In this document: piece by piece, positions 8,303-16,647 of the stretch
Numbering within the stretch: position 1 is the stretch's first letter
How the letters are laid out: the number at the start of each line of letters is the position of its first letter
Source: a bacterium
GTDB lineage: Bacteria > Patescibacteriota > Patescibacteriia > UBA1558 > S5-K13
Assembly (NCBI GenBank): GCA_029555085.1
Contig: JAKPTO010000005.1
Span: 1-16,699, forward strand
Direction of reading: 5' to 3'
DNA: 16,699 nt
Program-made: the position numbers and the translations under genes
Notes under the pieces: generated by a model
What the model was told of the DNA's origin: nothing
Database searches by the model: none
The model's input: only the letters and a program-made list of their open reading frames with translations

Positions 8303-9619
8303 ATGAATGTAAAAAATATAAAAATAAATTTATATAAAAGTATAAAAGATCCGATAAATTTGGAGTTTTTAGGTGTTAATACTTTTATTGGTCAAAATAA
8401 TTGTGGTAAATCAAGTATTTTAAATTCTATTCAAATAGCACTTTGTCCGGAATTGGATGATACTTATGCTTATTACCATAAATCAGATATAGAATTAAAT
8501 ATTGAATTTTCAGATAAAGAAAAAAATCAGTTTAAATTTTCATCAAATAACGCAATTTTAAAATTAAATATCAATAAAAGAACTTTAATTTTTGGTGATA
8601 CTGAAATTGATTATTTAAAATACGCAGAACATTTTTCTAAAAAGGTAAAAAAAATAAAAGAAGAATCTTTTTTAGATATAAAATCAATAGAAAAAGATTT
8701 TAAGGATTTATTTAATTATCCAAAAAATTTAAAATTATTTCAGAGAGCTTTAAAAAAACATTTTCCAAAAGTTACAGCAAACGAAGAAGCGCTTAATTCT
8801 CATTTTGAACATGTTGGTTTATATGAAGGAGAAAGGCGAGCTACTATAGATCATTTGGGTTCTGGATTTATAAGAGTTTTTACAATTCTTCTTTATATGT
8901 ACCATCCAGAATTCCATATTTTATTAATTGATGAGCCAGAAAATCATTTACATCCAGCGCTTATTAAAAATTTAATTAGCGCAATGCAAAGTACCAATTT
9001 AGTTCAGATATTTTTTACTACTCATTCTCCACTTTTTATTTCTGCAAAAACAATTCCACAGCTCGTGCGCGTTGTAAGAGATGAAAAATCAACGAGAGCA
9101 TATGATTATCATGGAGACAAATTTAACAAGGAAAGGTTGTTGGAGGAAATAAATGCTGACAATATGGAGATGTTTTTCGCAGATAAGGTTTTAGTTGTTG
9201 AGGGTGTTTCTGATAAGTTACTTTTTGGAGGACTTATTGATAGATTCTACAAAGGAGATAAAGAAATAAAAGTAATTCAGACATACGGAAAAGGAAACGC
9301 TGCCATTTACTCTGATTTACTTAAAATATTTAATATTCCATTTATTATGGTTTTCGATAGAGATATGTTAAAAGGTGGATATTTATCAGCATTAACAAAG
9401 CGTTTAGATATTAATATTGACTACGAAGATTTAGAAAAGCTCAAAGAGAATAATATATTTGTATTTTCAAATGGAACATTAGAAGATAATTACCCAAAAA
9501 AATATCAAAGAAGAGGTAGTAAGGCGCTTAGTGCGTTATATGCATCAAATTTGATAACAGAGGCCGATTTTAATTCTTCTAAAATGAAAAATATTAGAGA
9601 AATAATTTCAATGTTATAA
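8303..9619 (+). CDS. OLD-family ATP-dependent nuclease (ABC ATPase + TOPRIM)
   Basis: YKSI, Walker A GQNNCGKS, signature LGSG, Walker B/D-loop LLIDEPENHLHP, H-loop TTHSP; TOPRIM FFADKVLVVEGVSD, DxD (FDRD), TLED, and a downstream Lys (GSKA). Confidence 0.92.
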   Translation: MNVKNIKINLYKSIKDPINLEFLGVNTFIGQNNCGKSSILNSIQIALCPELDDTYAYYHKSDIELNIEFSDKEKNQFKFSSNNAILKLNINKRTLIFGDTEIDYLKYAEHFSKKVKKIKEESFLDIKSIEKDFKDLFNYPKNLKLFQRALKKHFPKVTANEEALNSHFEHVGLYEGERRATIDHLGSGFIRVFTILLYMYHPEFHILLIDEPENHLHPALIKNLISAMQSTNLVQIFFTTHSPLFISAKTIPQLVRVVRDEKSTRAYDYHGDKFNKERLLEEINADNMEMFFADKVLVVEGVSDKLLFGGLIDRFYKGDKEIKVIQTYGKGNAAIYSDLLKIFNIPFIMVFDRDMLKGGYLSALTKRLDINIDYEDLEKLKENNIFVFSNGTLEDNYPKKYQRRGSKALSALYASNLITEADFNSSKMKNIREIISML

Positions 9620-9621
9620 AT

Positions 9622-9695
9622 TTAATCAACCCCCGCATAGCGGGATAATAATTCTGCAGAGTTGACTCAAATAAAATTTTGATTAACTCCAAGGA
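9622..9695 (+). promoter_or_regulatory. Candidate structured cis-regulatory RNA leader upstream of EamA
   Basis: GC hairpin CCCGC-ATA-GCGGG (9632-9644) plus mutually exclusive pairings, followed by an AAGGA RBS-like sequence at 9691-9695. Confidence 0.35.
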
Positions 9696-9705
9696 ATAAA
9701 AAAAT

Positions 9706-10641
9706 ATGTCTTGGTTAATAATCGTAATAATTGCTTATCTAATTCTCGCAATAGTAAATTTAGCAGATAAATTTATTATTGGAAATATGATCCCAAATAG
9801 CAAGGCTTATACTTTTTTTGTAGGGGTCTTGGGTTGTGTTGTTATATTCCTCGCCCCATTTTTTCTAGTTTGGTGCGGTTGGAAAATTTTTTTGTTAAAT
9901 ATTTTTGTTGGCGCGTTGTTTCCAATTGCCCTTACATTCATGTATAGATCTTTAAAAGTAGGAGATACATCAAAAATGATAACACTTATCGGCGGGACAA
10001 TTCCTATTTTTACTATTTTAATGTCAATTTTTGTATTAGGAGAGGTTTTTAGCAGAAATCAATGGATAGGAATAGCATTTTTAATTGTGGGAACTATTAT
10101 AATCGCTTGGCTTCCAAATAAAAAATCCTTATGGTATAGAATTGCCGTAATGTTTGGTATAAAAGCTGATAATTCAAAAAAAGGAATAATAGAAGCAATA
10201 CTTGCAGCATTGTTTTATGCGTTATTTTTTATAGGAACAAAATATTTGTATTCTGTTCAACCATTTTGGTCTGGATTTATTTGGATAAGATTTGGAACAT
10301 TGTTATTTGTTCTAACATTTTTGATTAGAAAAGCAGATAGAGATGGAATATTTAAGAGTTTTAAAGATTTAATGAAGGGAAAAGGAAAATTGTTGTTTTT
10401 TGGAAATCAGGGTCTCGCAGGAATTGGATTTGTATTACAGAATTATGCAATTGCGCTTGGTTCGGTTGCTCTTGTAAATGCCATGCAGGGCGTTCAATAT
10501 GTTTTCCTTCTTATTTTAGGAGCAATAGTAACAGTATTTAAACCACAGGCAATTAAAGAAGATATTTCAAAATCAATTATAATTCAAAAAATTATAGCAA
10601 TACTATTCGTAGCTATAGGATTATTTTTTGTGGCTAGGTAA
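9706..10641 (+). CDS. EamA/DMT-family transporter
   Basis: 311 aa, about 10 TM in two repeats; SLKVGDTS...PIFTILMSIFVLGE...QWIGIAFLIVG, and a second repeat AIALGSVALV...KE...IIAILFVAIG. Confidence 0.9.
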   Translation: MSWLIIVIIAYLILAIVNLADKFIIGNMIPNSKAYTFFVGVLGCVVIFLAPFFLVWCGWKIFLLNIFVGALFPIALTFMYRSLKVGDTSKMITLIGGTIPIFTILMSIFVLGEVFSRNQWIGIAFLIVGTIIIAWLPNKKSLWYRIAVMFGIKADNSKKGIIEAILAALFYALFFIGTKYLYSVQPFWSGFIWIRFGTLLFVLTFLIRKADRDGIFKSFKDLMKGKGKLLFFGNQGLAGIGFVLQNYAIALGSVALVNAMQGVQYVFLLILGAIVTVFKPQAIKEDISKSIIIQKIIAILFVAIGLFFVAR

Positions 10642-10644
10642 ATT

Positions 10645-11655
10645 ATGATTTTAACAAAGAAAAAAATGTATATATTAATAACCTTTATACTGGTTGTTCT
10701 TATTATTTCTTATTTTAAATTTGCAAAACATCATCCCGACAAAATAGATTTAAATGCGCCTTCTGATTATTGGGGTATTACATTTTCTACAAAAGTTTGT
10801 AAAGAAATGGGTCTTGATTGGAAAAAAACCTATATTGCAATATTAGATGATTTGGGTGTTAAGCAAATTAGAGTTCCAATTTATTGGGATGAAATAGAAC
10901 CAAGGTATCAAGAGTTTAATTTTTCTGATTATGATTTTATTTTTGACGAAGGTGCAAAAAGAAATGTAAAATTTATTGCAAATGTTGGTTGGCGTTTACC
11001 TAGGTGGCCAGAATGTCATGCTCCGACTTGGGCAGTTGTAAAAGGAGTTCCATATACAAAAGAAAGAACCATGACAATGATTGAAGAGGTTGTAAAAAGA
11101 TATCAAAATCGTGGAGAAATAATAATGTGGCAGGTTGAAAACGAACCACTCTTAAATTCATTTGGTAAATGTCCAAATGGTGATGAAGAGTTTTTGAAAA
11201 AAGAAGTTGCTCTTGTTAGGAATTTAGATTCAAAGCCAATTTTAGTTACAGCATCGGGAGAATTAAGCACATGGAAAAGAGAAAGTAAAATTGGCGATTA
11301 TTTTGGAACAACAATGTATAGGGTTGTGTGGAATAAGTTTTTTGGTTATTTCAGATATCCATGGCCAGCGGGATTTTATAAATGGAAAGCAAAATTAATT
11401 GGAATGCCAAAATATAAAATGAGCATAAGTGAGCTTCAGGCAGAACCATGGGTTCCAAATGGAACATTAAAAGATATTTTAGACCAGGAATCAAACAAAT
11501 CATTTGATATAAAACAATTTAAAGCTAATTTACAATTTGCGATTAATTCAGATTTAAATAAAGCATATTTGTGGGGAGCAGAATGGTGGTATTTTAGAAA
11601 ATTACAAGGAAATTCAGAATATTGGGATTTAGCCAAGACACTTTTTAATGAATAA
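10645..11655 (+). CDS. Membrane-anchored clan GH-A glycoside hydrolase (GH5/GH42-like)
   Basis: N-terminal anchor; LGVKQIRVPIYWDEIEP; acid/base WQVENEP; nucleophile ISELQAEPW; YLWG. Confidence 0.85.
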   Translation: MILTKKKMYILITFILVVLIISYFKFAKHHPDKIDLNAPSDYWGITFSTKVCKEMGLDWKKTYIAILDDLGVKQIRVPIYWDEIEPRYQEFNFSDYDFIFDEGAKRNVKFIANVGWRLPRWPECHAPTWAVVKGVPYTKERTMTMIEEVVKRYQNRGEIIMWQVENEPLLNSFGKCPNGDEEFLKKEVALVRNLDSKPILVTASGELSTWKRESKIGDYFGTTMYRVVWNKFFGYFRYPWPAGFYKWKAKLIGMPKYKMSISELQAEPWVPNGTLKDILDQESNKSFDIKQFKANLQFAINSDLNKAYLWGAEWWYFRKLQGNSEYWDLAKTLFNE

Positions 11656-11684
11656 TTTATATTTTATATTAAAAAAAGCTAAAA

Positions 11685-11720
11685 ATTAAAAACCCGGTTT
11701 AATAACCGGGCTTTTTTAAT
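11685..11720. terminator. Bidirectional intrinsic terminator between convergent operons
   Basis: ATTAAAAA-CCCGGTT-TAAT-AACCGGG-C-TTTTTTAAT. Confidence 0.85.
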
Positions 11721-11749
11721 TTAATTTTTTTATATTTTTAATGCTAATT

Positions 11750-12286
11750 TTATTTATTATTGGTATGAGAATAATTTATATATTCCTCTAGATTATTCTT
11801 TTCAAATTTTTTAGGAGAAAATATTTTTGTTTTAATAAATTCAAGCGCGCTATTGATTCCAGCACTAATTAACCAGTCGTCAGATTTTCTATTATCGTTC
11901 CCAGATAATTGGAGTATTCTTAATTTAGCTTCTGCTAATATATCTTCAAAATCATACGGAGCAAGATCTTGATTACTGATTTGAAATTTTTTCATAGCAA
12001 ATTTAGCGGCTTTTCTTGCACATTCTTCTATTTTTCCTCGATTTTTTTCAATCCAATTGTTATCTACATTGATTTCTCTCTTTTTTTCATTCATAAATAG
12101 CCATCCCCTTTCTTTTGCTCTAAATGCCGTAGCTCTAGAAACATGATATTCTTCCATGGTTTTTTTTATTGTCATCTCTTTCGGAATTGCTACCTTTTTT
12201 CTAATATTTGGATCGTAGGGTTCGTATTGAGGTTTTTCCACAACTACATTTTTTAAATTGTTATTAATGTTTTCAAATCTTTCCAT
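11750..12286 (-). CDS. Hypothetical DNA-binding protein: N-terminal HTH plus sigma70 region-2-like domain
   Basis: aa 38-63 MTIKKTMEEYHVSRATAFRAKERGWL (HTH); aa ~78-153 ...DFEDILAEAKLRIL...DWLISAGINSALEFIK (ECF sigma2-like). Confidence 0.6.
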   Translation of the reverse strand: MERFENINNNLKNVVVEKPQYEPYDPNIRKKVAIPKEMTIKKTMEEYHVSRATAFRAKERGWLFMNEKKREINVDNNWIEKNRGKIEECARKAAKFAMKKFQISNQDLAPYDFEDILAEAKLRILQLSGNDNRKSDDWLISAGINSALEFIKTKIFSPKKFEKNNLEEYINYSHTNNK

Positions 12287-12296
12287 ATTTTTTAAT

Positions 12297-12641
12297 TTAA
12301 TTTTTTATATTTTCTTGATTTTGAATATTTCTCTTTTTTAATTTTAACATTGGTTTAAAAAACCACAATCTCTCTAAAAAGTGAAATATTGATAACCAAA
12401 TCATTATTATTCCCCAAGATGTGTGATTGAAAATATATGGGAATGTAATTCCATAATCTCTCCAGAAAATTGATGAAAGAGAGGAATACAACACAGCAAT
12501 AAAAGAAATTAAAAGCCCAATGTTGAAAATTCTTTTAAGGTGTAATTCTTTTAGAGTATTTTTATTTTTTAATATCACCAATATTACATAAGCAATAACC
12601 AGTACTATTGATATTAATAAAAAGTTAGAATTTTTCCCCAT
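12297..12641 (-). CDS. Small membrane protein, DUF4405-like
   Basis: Three hydrophobic helices; FNIGLLISF and H-X13-H (HTSWGIIMIWLSIFH). Confidence 0.65.
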   Translation of the reverse strand: MGKNSNFLLISIVLVIAYVILVILKNKNTLKELHLKRIFNIGLLISFIAVLYSSLSSIFWRDYGITFPYIFNHTSWGIIMIWLSIFHFLERLWFFKPMLKLKKRNIQNQENIKN

Positions 12642-12665
12642 ATTGTTTTTATATTGTTTAATTTT

Positions 12666-13664
12666 TTAAATTATTTTATCATCAGGAGTTTCCCTTATTT
12701 CTCTGTCGTTTTCATCTTCTATTTCTCCAACAATTTCTTCTAAAATATCTTCAAGTGTTAAAAGACCAATTAACTGTTTATTTTTTCTGTAAACAATCGC
12801 CATGTGAATTCTTTTTTTCATCATCCTGTTGAAAATTCTGTGTATCTTTGTATTTTCATCAACTTTTATAATTGGGTTTACATATTTTAACACTTCATCT
12901 TCTCTTTTATCGCTATTTAAAACTCTCATTATATCTATTACATGAACATAACCAATTATATTATCTTCCTGATTGTGATAAACTGGATATCTACTATATC
13001 CTTCTTTTGCCATAAAGTAAGAAATTTGATCTATTTCAGCATCTTCGTTTACTACGCACATTCTGTATCTAGGAGTCATTATGTCTTTTGCTTTTGCATC
13101 TCCGAATTCTAAAACATTCATTATCATTTCATGTTCCTTGAAATGTATTATTCCATTTTCTACAGCAATTCTACTTAGTGCTTTAAATTCTTGCTCGGAA
13201 ACAAGCTCCCTTTTTTTATCACCAGTCATTAGCAATAATAATTTTTCTAATAAAAATGTTACTGGGTAGGAAATTATTTCTAAAAAATATACGATTGGTA
13301 CAAAAAGTAATGCGAATTTTTCTGCTCTTGTTTGGAAAAATGCTTTTGGTAGCATTTCTCCAAATATTAAAATTAGTAGTGTTACAATTCCAGTCGCTAT
13401 AGCGAGAAAATTATTATCAAATTTTTGATTAACCCAGATACTTGAAATACTAGCTATTGTAACATTAACTAAATTATTCCCCAAAAGTAAAACAGCTAAT
13501 AATCTTTTTTTATTTTTTAATATTTTTTGTAATAATTTCGCATTTTTCTTTTTTGACAAAACCAAAGATTTTACACTACCTGGCGTAATTGAAAAAAGCG
13601 CAATTTCCATTCCAGAAAACCATGCAGAGCAAATTAAAAGTACTAAAATATATACAAAAAACAT
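12666..13664 (-). CDS. CNNM (DUF21) + CBS-pair protein, CorB/TlyC hemolysin family, lacking the C-terminal CorC domain
   Basis: SAWFSGMEIALFS, LLGNNLVN, IFGEMLPK, DIMTPR, GYSRYPVY, HMAIV...GLLTLEDILEEIVGEIEDE. Confidence 0.92.
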   Translation of the reverse strand: MFFVYILVLLICSAWFSGMEIALFSITPGSVKSLVLSKKKNAKLLQKILKNKKRLLAVLLLGNNLVNVTIASISSIWVNQKFDNNFLAIATGIVTLLILIFGEMLPKAFFQTRAEKFALLFVPIVYFLEIISYPVTFLLEKLLLLMTGDKKRELVSEQEFKALSRIAVENGIIHFKEHEMIMNVLEFGDAKAKDIMTPRYRMCVVNEDAEIDQISYFMAKEGYSRYPVYHNQEDNIIGYVHVIDIMRVLNSDKREDEVLKYVNPIIKVDENTKIHRIFNRMMKKRIHMAIVYRKNKQLIGLLTLEDILEEIVGEIEDENDREIRETPDDKII

Positions 13665-13669
13665 TTGAT

Positions 13670-15178
13670 TTATATAAATGATTCTCCAGTCATTTCTTTA
13701 GGAACTTCAAGATTCATGATTTTTAAAATTGTTGGAGCAATGTCACTTAAATATCCATTTGTTCTTTTTATTTTTTTATACTTTGGAGATATTAAATAAA
13801 AAGGAACTGGATTTAATGTGTGTGATGTAAGTTTTTGCCCAGATGTTTTGTCAAAAGTTTCTTCGGCGTTTCCATGATCTGCTGTTATTATAACATGATA
13901 TCCATTTTCTTTCGCGCAATCTACAATTTTTCCAAGCGCACTATCAACATGTTCTGTCGCAGACACTATTGCATCAAAATTTCCAGTATGTCCCACCATA
14001 TCGCAGTTTGTCAGATTTGTTGCTATAAAATCAAACTCGTCATTTTTAATGGCTTTTATAATCTCATCAGCAATTTCGTGAACTTTCATTTCTGGTTTCA
14101 TGTCATGAGTCGCGATATCTTTGTTGCTCGGAATTAAGATTCTTTTTTCGTTGCGTTCCTCATCGTATCTTTGAGCATTAAAGAAAAAAGTTAAATGAGT
14201 GAATTTTTCTGTTTCAGTAATTTTTAATTGTTTTAAATTATTTTTTGCAATTACTTCTGATAGGGTATTTTTAATTTCCTCGGGAGGAAACGCAACACGA
14301 ACATCAAGTGATTCATCGTATTGAGTCATTGCAACAAATTTCATATTAGGAATTTTTTCGTCTAAAAATCTTTTTGTTATTTCTCTTGCTCTGTCAGAAC
14401 GAAAGTTTGCAAAAATTACTGCATCATTTGATTGAACATATCCTTGCTCACCCGGATTTGTTTCAATGTAAGCTGGTTCTATAAACTCATCAGTTATGTC
14501 TTTTGAATAATTAAATTCAATTGCCTCTTTTGCTGATTTAAACTTAGGGCCATCAGCATGTGTCATTACCATAAAATGTTTTTCAACTCTGTCGCCATTA
14601 TTGTCTCTATCCATTCCCCAATACCTTCCACCAATTGTAGCGATTCTTCCAATGTTTTCCATTTTCATAAAATCCTCAATGTCATCAATGTATTTAATAG
14701 CGCTTTTTGGAGGAGTGTCTCTGCCATCAGTATATAAATGCAAATAAACATTTTTTACTTCATTTTCTTTTGCGCATTTTAAAAGCGCTTTTATGTGATT
14801 AATATGAGAATGAACGCCGCCATCAGAAATTAATCCTTTTATGTGTAACACGCTGTTTTGTTTTTTGACGTGATCAATTGCTTCTTTAATTGCAGGATTA
14901 TCAATTAATTCTCCGTTTTTTACAGCTTTATTTATCTTTACTAAATTTTGGTAAATTATTCTCCCAGAGCCAATTACTAAATGATTTGCTTCTGATGTTC
15001 CCATTTGTCCATCTGGTAGTCCAATTGATTCTCCACTAGCAAAAAGAGTAGCAAATGGATAATTTGCTTTGTAATAATCTAGATTTGGGGTATCTGCTAC
15101 TTCAACTGCATTATTATCTTTGTCTTCGTTATATCCTAAACCATCGCAAATTATAAGAATGACTTTATTTTTTTCCAT
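13670..15178 (-). CDS. gpmI: 2,3-bisphosphoglycerate-independent phosphoglycerate mutase
   Basis: DGLG, GLPDGQMGTSEANH, SDGGVHSH, DGRDTPP, GRYWGMDRD, NFRSDRA, ETEKFTHLTFFFN, DMVGHTG, TADHGNAE, TSHT. Confidence 0.98.
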   Translation of the reverse strand: MEKNKVILIICDGLGYNEDKDNNAVEVADTPNLDYYKANYPFATLFASGESIGLPDGQMGTSEANHLVIGSGRIIYQNLVKINKAVKNGELIDNPAIKEAIDHVKKQNSVLHIKGLISDGGVHSHINHIKALLKCAKENEVKNVYLHLYTDGRDTPPKSAIKYIDDIEDFMKMENIGRIATIGGRYWGMDRDNNGDRVEKHFMVMTHADGPKFKSAKEAIEFNYSKDITDEFIEPAYIETNPGEQGYVQSNDAVIFANFRSDRAREITKRFLDEKIPNMKFVAMTQYDESLDVRVAFPPEEIKNTLSEVIAKNNLKQLKITETEKFTHLTFFFNAQRYDEERNEKRILIPSNKDIATHDMKPEMKVHEIADEIIKAIKNDEFDFIATNLTNCDMVGHTGNFDAIVSATEHVDSALGKIVDCAKENGYHVIITADHGNAEETFDKTSGQKLTSHTLNPVPFYLISPKYKKIKRTNGYLSDIAPTILKIMNLEVPKEMTGESFI

Positions 15179-15204
15179 GTGGGTATAATTCTTTGTTGTA
15201 GCAA

Positions 15205-16485
15205 TTAAAATGGGAATTTTGAAATTTCGGATCTACCATTTAATTCTTTTTCAATTTTCATAAGTCTATTATATTTGCAAGTTCTTTCACTTCTACAAGG
15301 CGCGCCTGTTTTTATTTGCCCTGTTCCCATTGCTGTTACAAAATCAGCAATAAATGAATCTTCTGTTTCCCCGCTTCTGTGAGACACAACCGAAGTTATA
15401 TTATTTTTTCTTGCCAATATTATTGTATCAATTGTTTCAGTTAGCGTTCCAATTTGATTTAATTTTATGAGGATTGAGTTAGATGTTTTTTCTGCAATAC
15501 CTCTTTCTAGTCTTTTTGGATTTGTAACATATAAATCATCGCCGACTAATTGAATTTTATTTTCTGTTGAAGTGTTGAAATTTTTAAATCCTTCCCAATC
15601 ATCTTCTGCAAAAATATCCTCAAAACTTACTATTGGATAATTTTTTGTAAGTTCTTTATAAAAATTTGACAATTCATTACTATCAAGTGTTTTACCTTCC
15701 TTATTTAAAATATATTTACCATCTTTGAAAAATTCTGTAGCTGCTGCGTCAATACAAAATACAATATCATCAGCTAATTTATATCCAGAAATTTCTATTG
15801 CTTCTTTCATGAGCTGAAATGGTTCATCATTGGATGAAACATTTGGCGCAAAACCGCCCTCATCTCCAACTCCAATTCCATAACCGTGAGATTTAATTGT
15901 TTTTTTCAAATTTGCATAAACCTCAGCACATATTCTCACAGCTTCAGTTATATTTTTTGCGCCTACTGGGAAAATCATGTATTCTTGGATATCTGTTGCC
16001 CAGTTTGCGTGTTTTCCACCATTCATTATATTCATCATAGGAATTGGCATTTGATATGTTCCACTAAAGTCAGGATTGAATTTTGATAAATATTCATAAA
16101 GTGGTTTTTTCTCACTGATAGCTTCTGCGCGCGCAATTGCCATTGATACTGATAAAATTGCATTTGCTCCTAAATTTGCTTTATTTTCTGTAGCATCGAG
16201 AGAAATCATTAGTTCGTCAATTTCGCGTTGATTTTTTGCATCCATGCCAATAATTTTTGGAGCAATAATTGTTTCAACATTTTCAACTGCTTTTAAAACA
16301 CCTAAACCATTATAGCGAGATTTATCACCATCACGAAGCTCTACTGCTTCATAACTTCCTGTTGATGCTCCAGAAGGAACAAGCGAAGAAGCCGTTGATC
16401 CGTCTTCTAAAATTACGGTTGTTTCAATTGTTGGATTGCCTCTGCTGTCTAATATTTCTATAGCAGAAATTGATTTGATTTTCAT
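15205..16485 (-). CDS. eno: Enolase
   Basis: EILDSRGNPT, VPSGASTG, GANAIL, GDEGGFAP, VGDDL, IKLNQIGT, SHRSGETED, QIKTG. Confidence 0.99.
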   Translation of the reverse strand: MKIKSISAIEILDSRGNPTIETTVILEDGSTASSLVPSGASTGSYEAVELRDGDKSRYNGLGVLKAVENVETIIAPKIIGMDAKNQREIDELMISLDATENKANLGANAILSVSMAIARAEAISEKKPLYEYLSKFNPDFSGTYQMPIPMMNIMNGGKHANWATDIQEYMIFPVGAKNITEAVRICAEVYANLKKTIKSHGYGIGVGDEGGFAPNVSSNDEPFQLMKEAIEISGYKLADDIVFCIDAAATEFFKDGKYILNKEGKTLDSNELSNFYKELTKNYPIVSFEDIFAEDDWEGFKNFNTSTENKIQLVGDDLYVTNPKRLERGIAEKTSNSILIKLNQIGTLTETIDTIILARKNNITSVVSHRSGETEDSFIADFVTAMGTGQIKTGAPCRSERTCKYNRLMKIEKELNGRSEISKFPF

Positions 16486-16518
16486 AGTTTTATTCTTTTA
16501 ATTATTTATTTTACAACC

Positions 16519-16527
16519 ATTATAACA
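16519..16527 (-). promoter_or_regulatory. Extended -10 promoter for the eno operon
   Basis: Minus strand TGTTATAAT about 33 nt upstream of the eno ATG. The -35 is poor. Confidence 0.55.
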
Positions 16528-16576
16528 GAAAAAAGGGTCTTATAAAAGGGTTTTTCGTGCGTACTATTCTAAATAA

Positions 16577-16647
16577 ATATGCGACATAGAAAATGATATA
16601 ATTGATATGCATATAACAATTAAATATCAAAATCTATGTCACAATAT
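16577..16647. repeat. Long imperfect inverted repeat covering the promoter and start codon of the edge ORF
   Basis: GACATAGA (16583-90) / TCTATGTC (16633-40), TGATA / TATCA, TAATTG / CAATTA, centred on ATATGCATAT. TGATATAAT lies at 16594-16602. Confidence 0.75.

Noticed and set aside
8303-9619. Gabija or retron system
   Set aside because: No UvrD-like GajB, reverse transcriptase or msr-msd lies next to the OLD gene.
9624-9667. attC site or HEARO/omegaRNA 5' end (TCAAC...GTTGA)
   Set aside because: Too short, it does not fit RYYYAAC/GTTRRRY, and no integrase or IscB/TnpB is present.
14980-15005. GpmI active-site variant MGTSEANH (usually MGNSEVGH)
   Set aside because: The catalytic Ser and metal ligands are retained, so this is ordinary divergence rather than a pseudogene.
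7201-16463. Other small nested ORFs (7201, 7951, 11436, 13081, 13835, 15886, 16269)
   Set aside because: All lie inside conserved genes and look like frame or antisense by-products.
16556-16583. dif/XerCD site (GTGCG...)
   Set aside because: Only the first few bases match and the XerD arm TTATGTTAAAT is absent.
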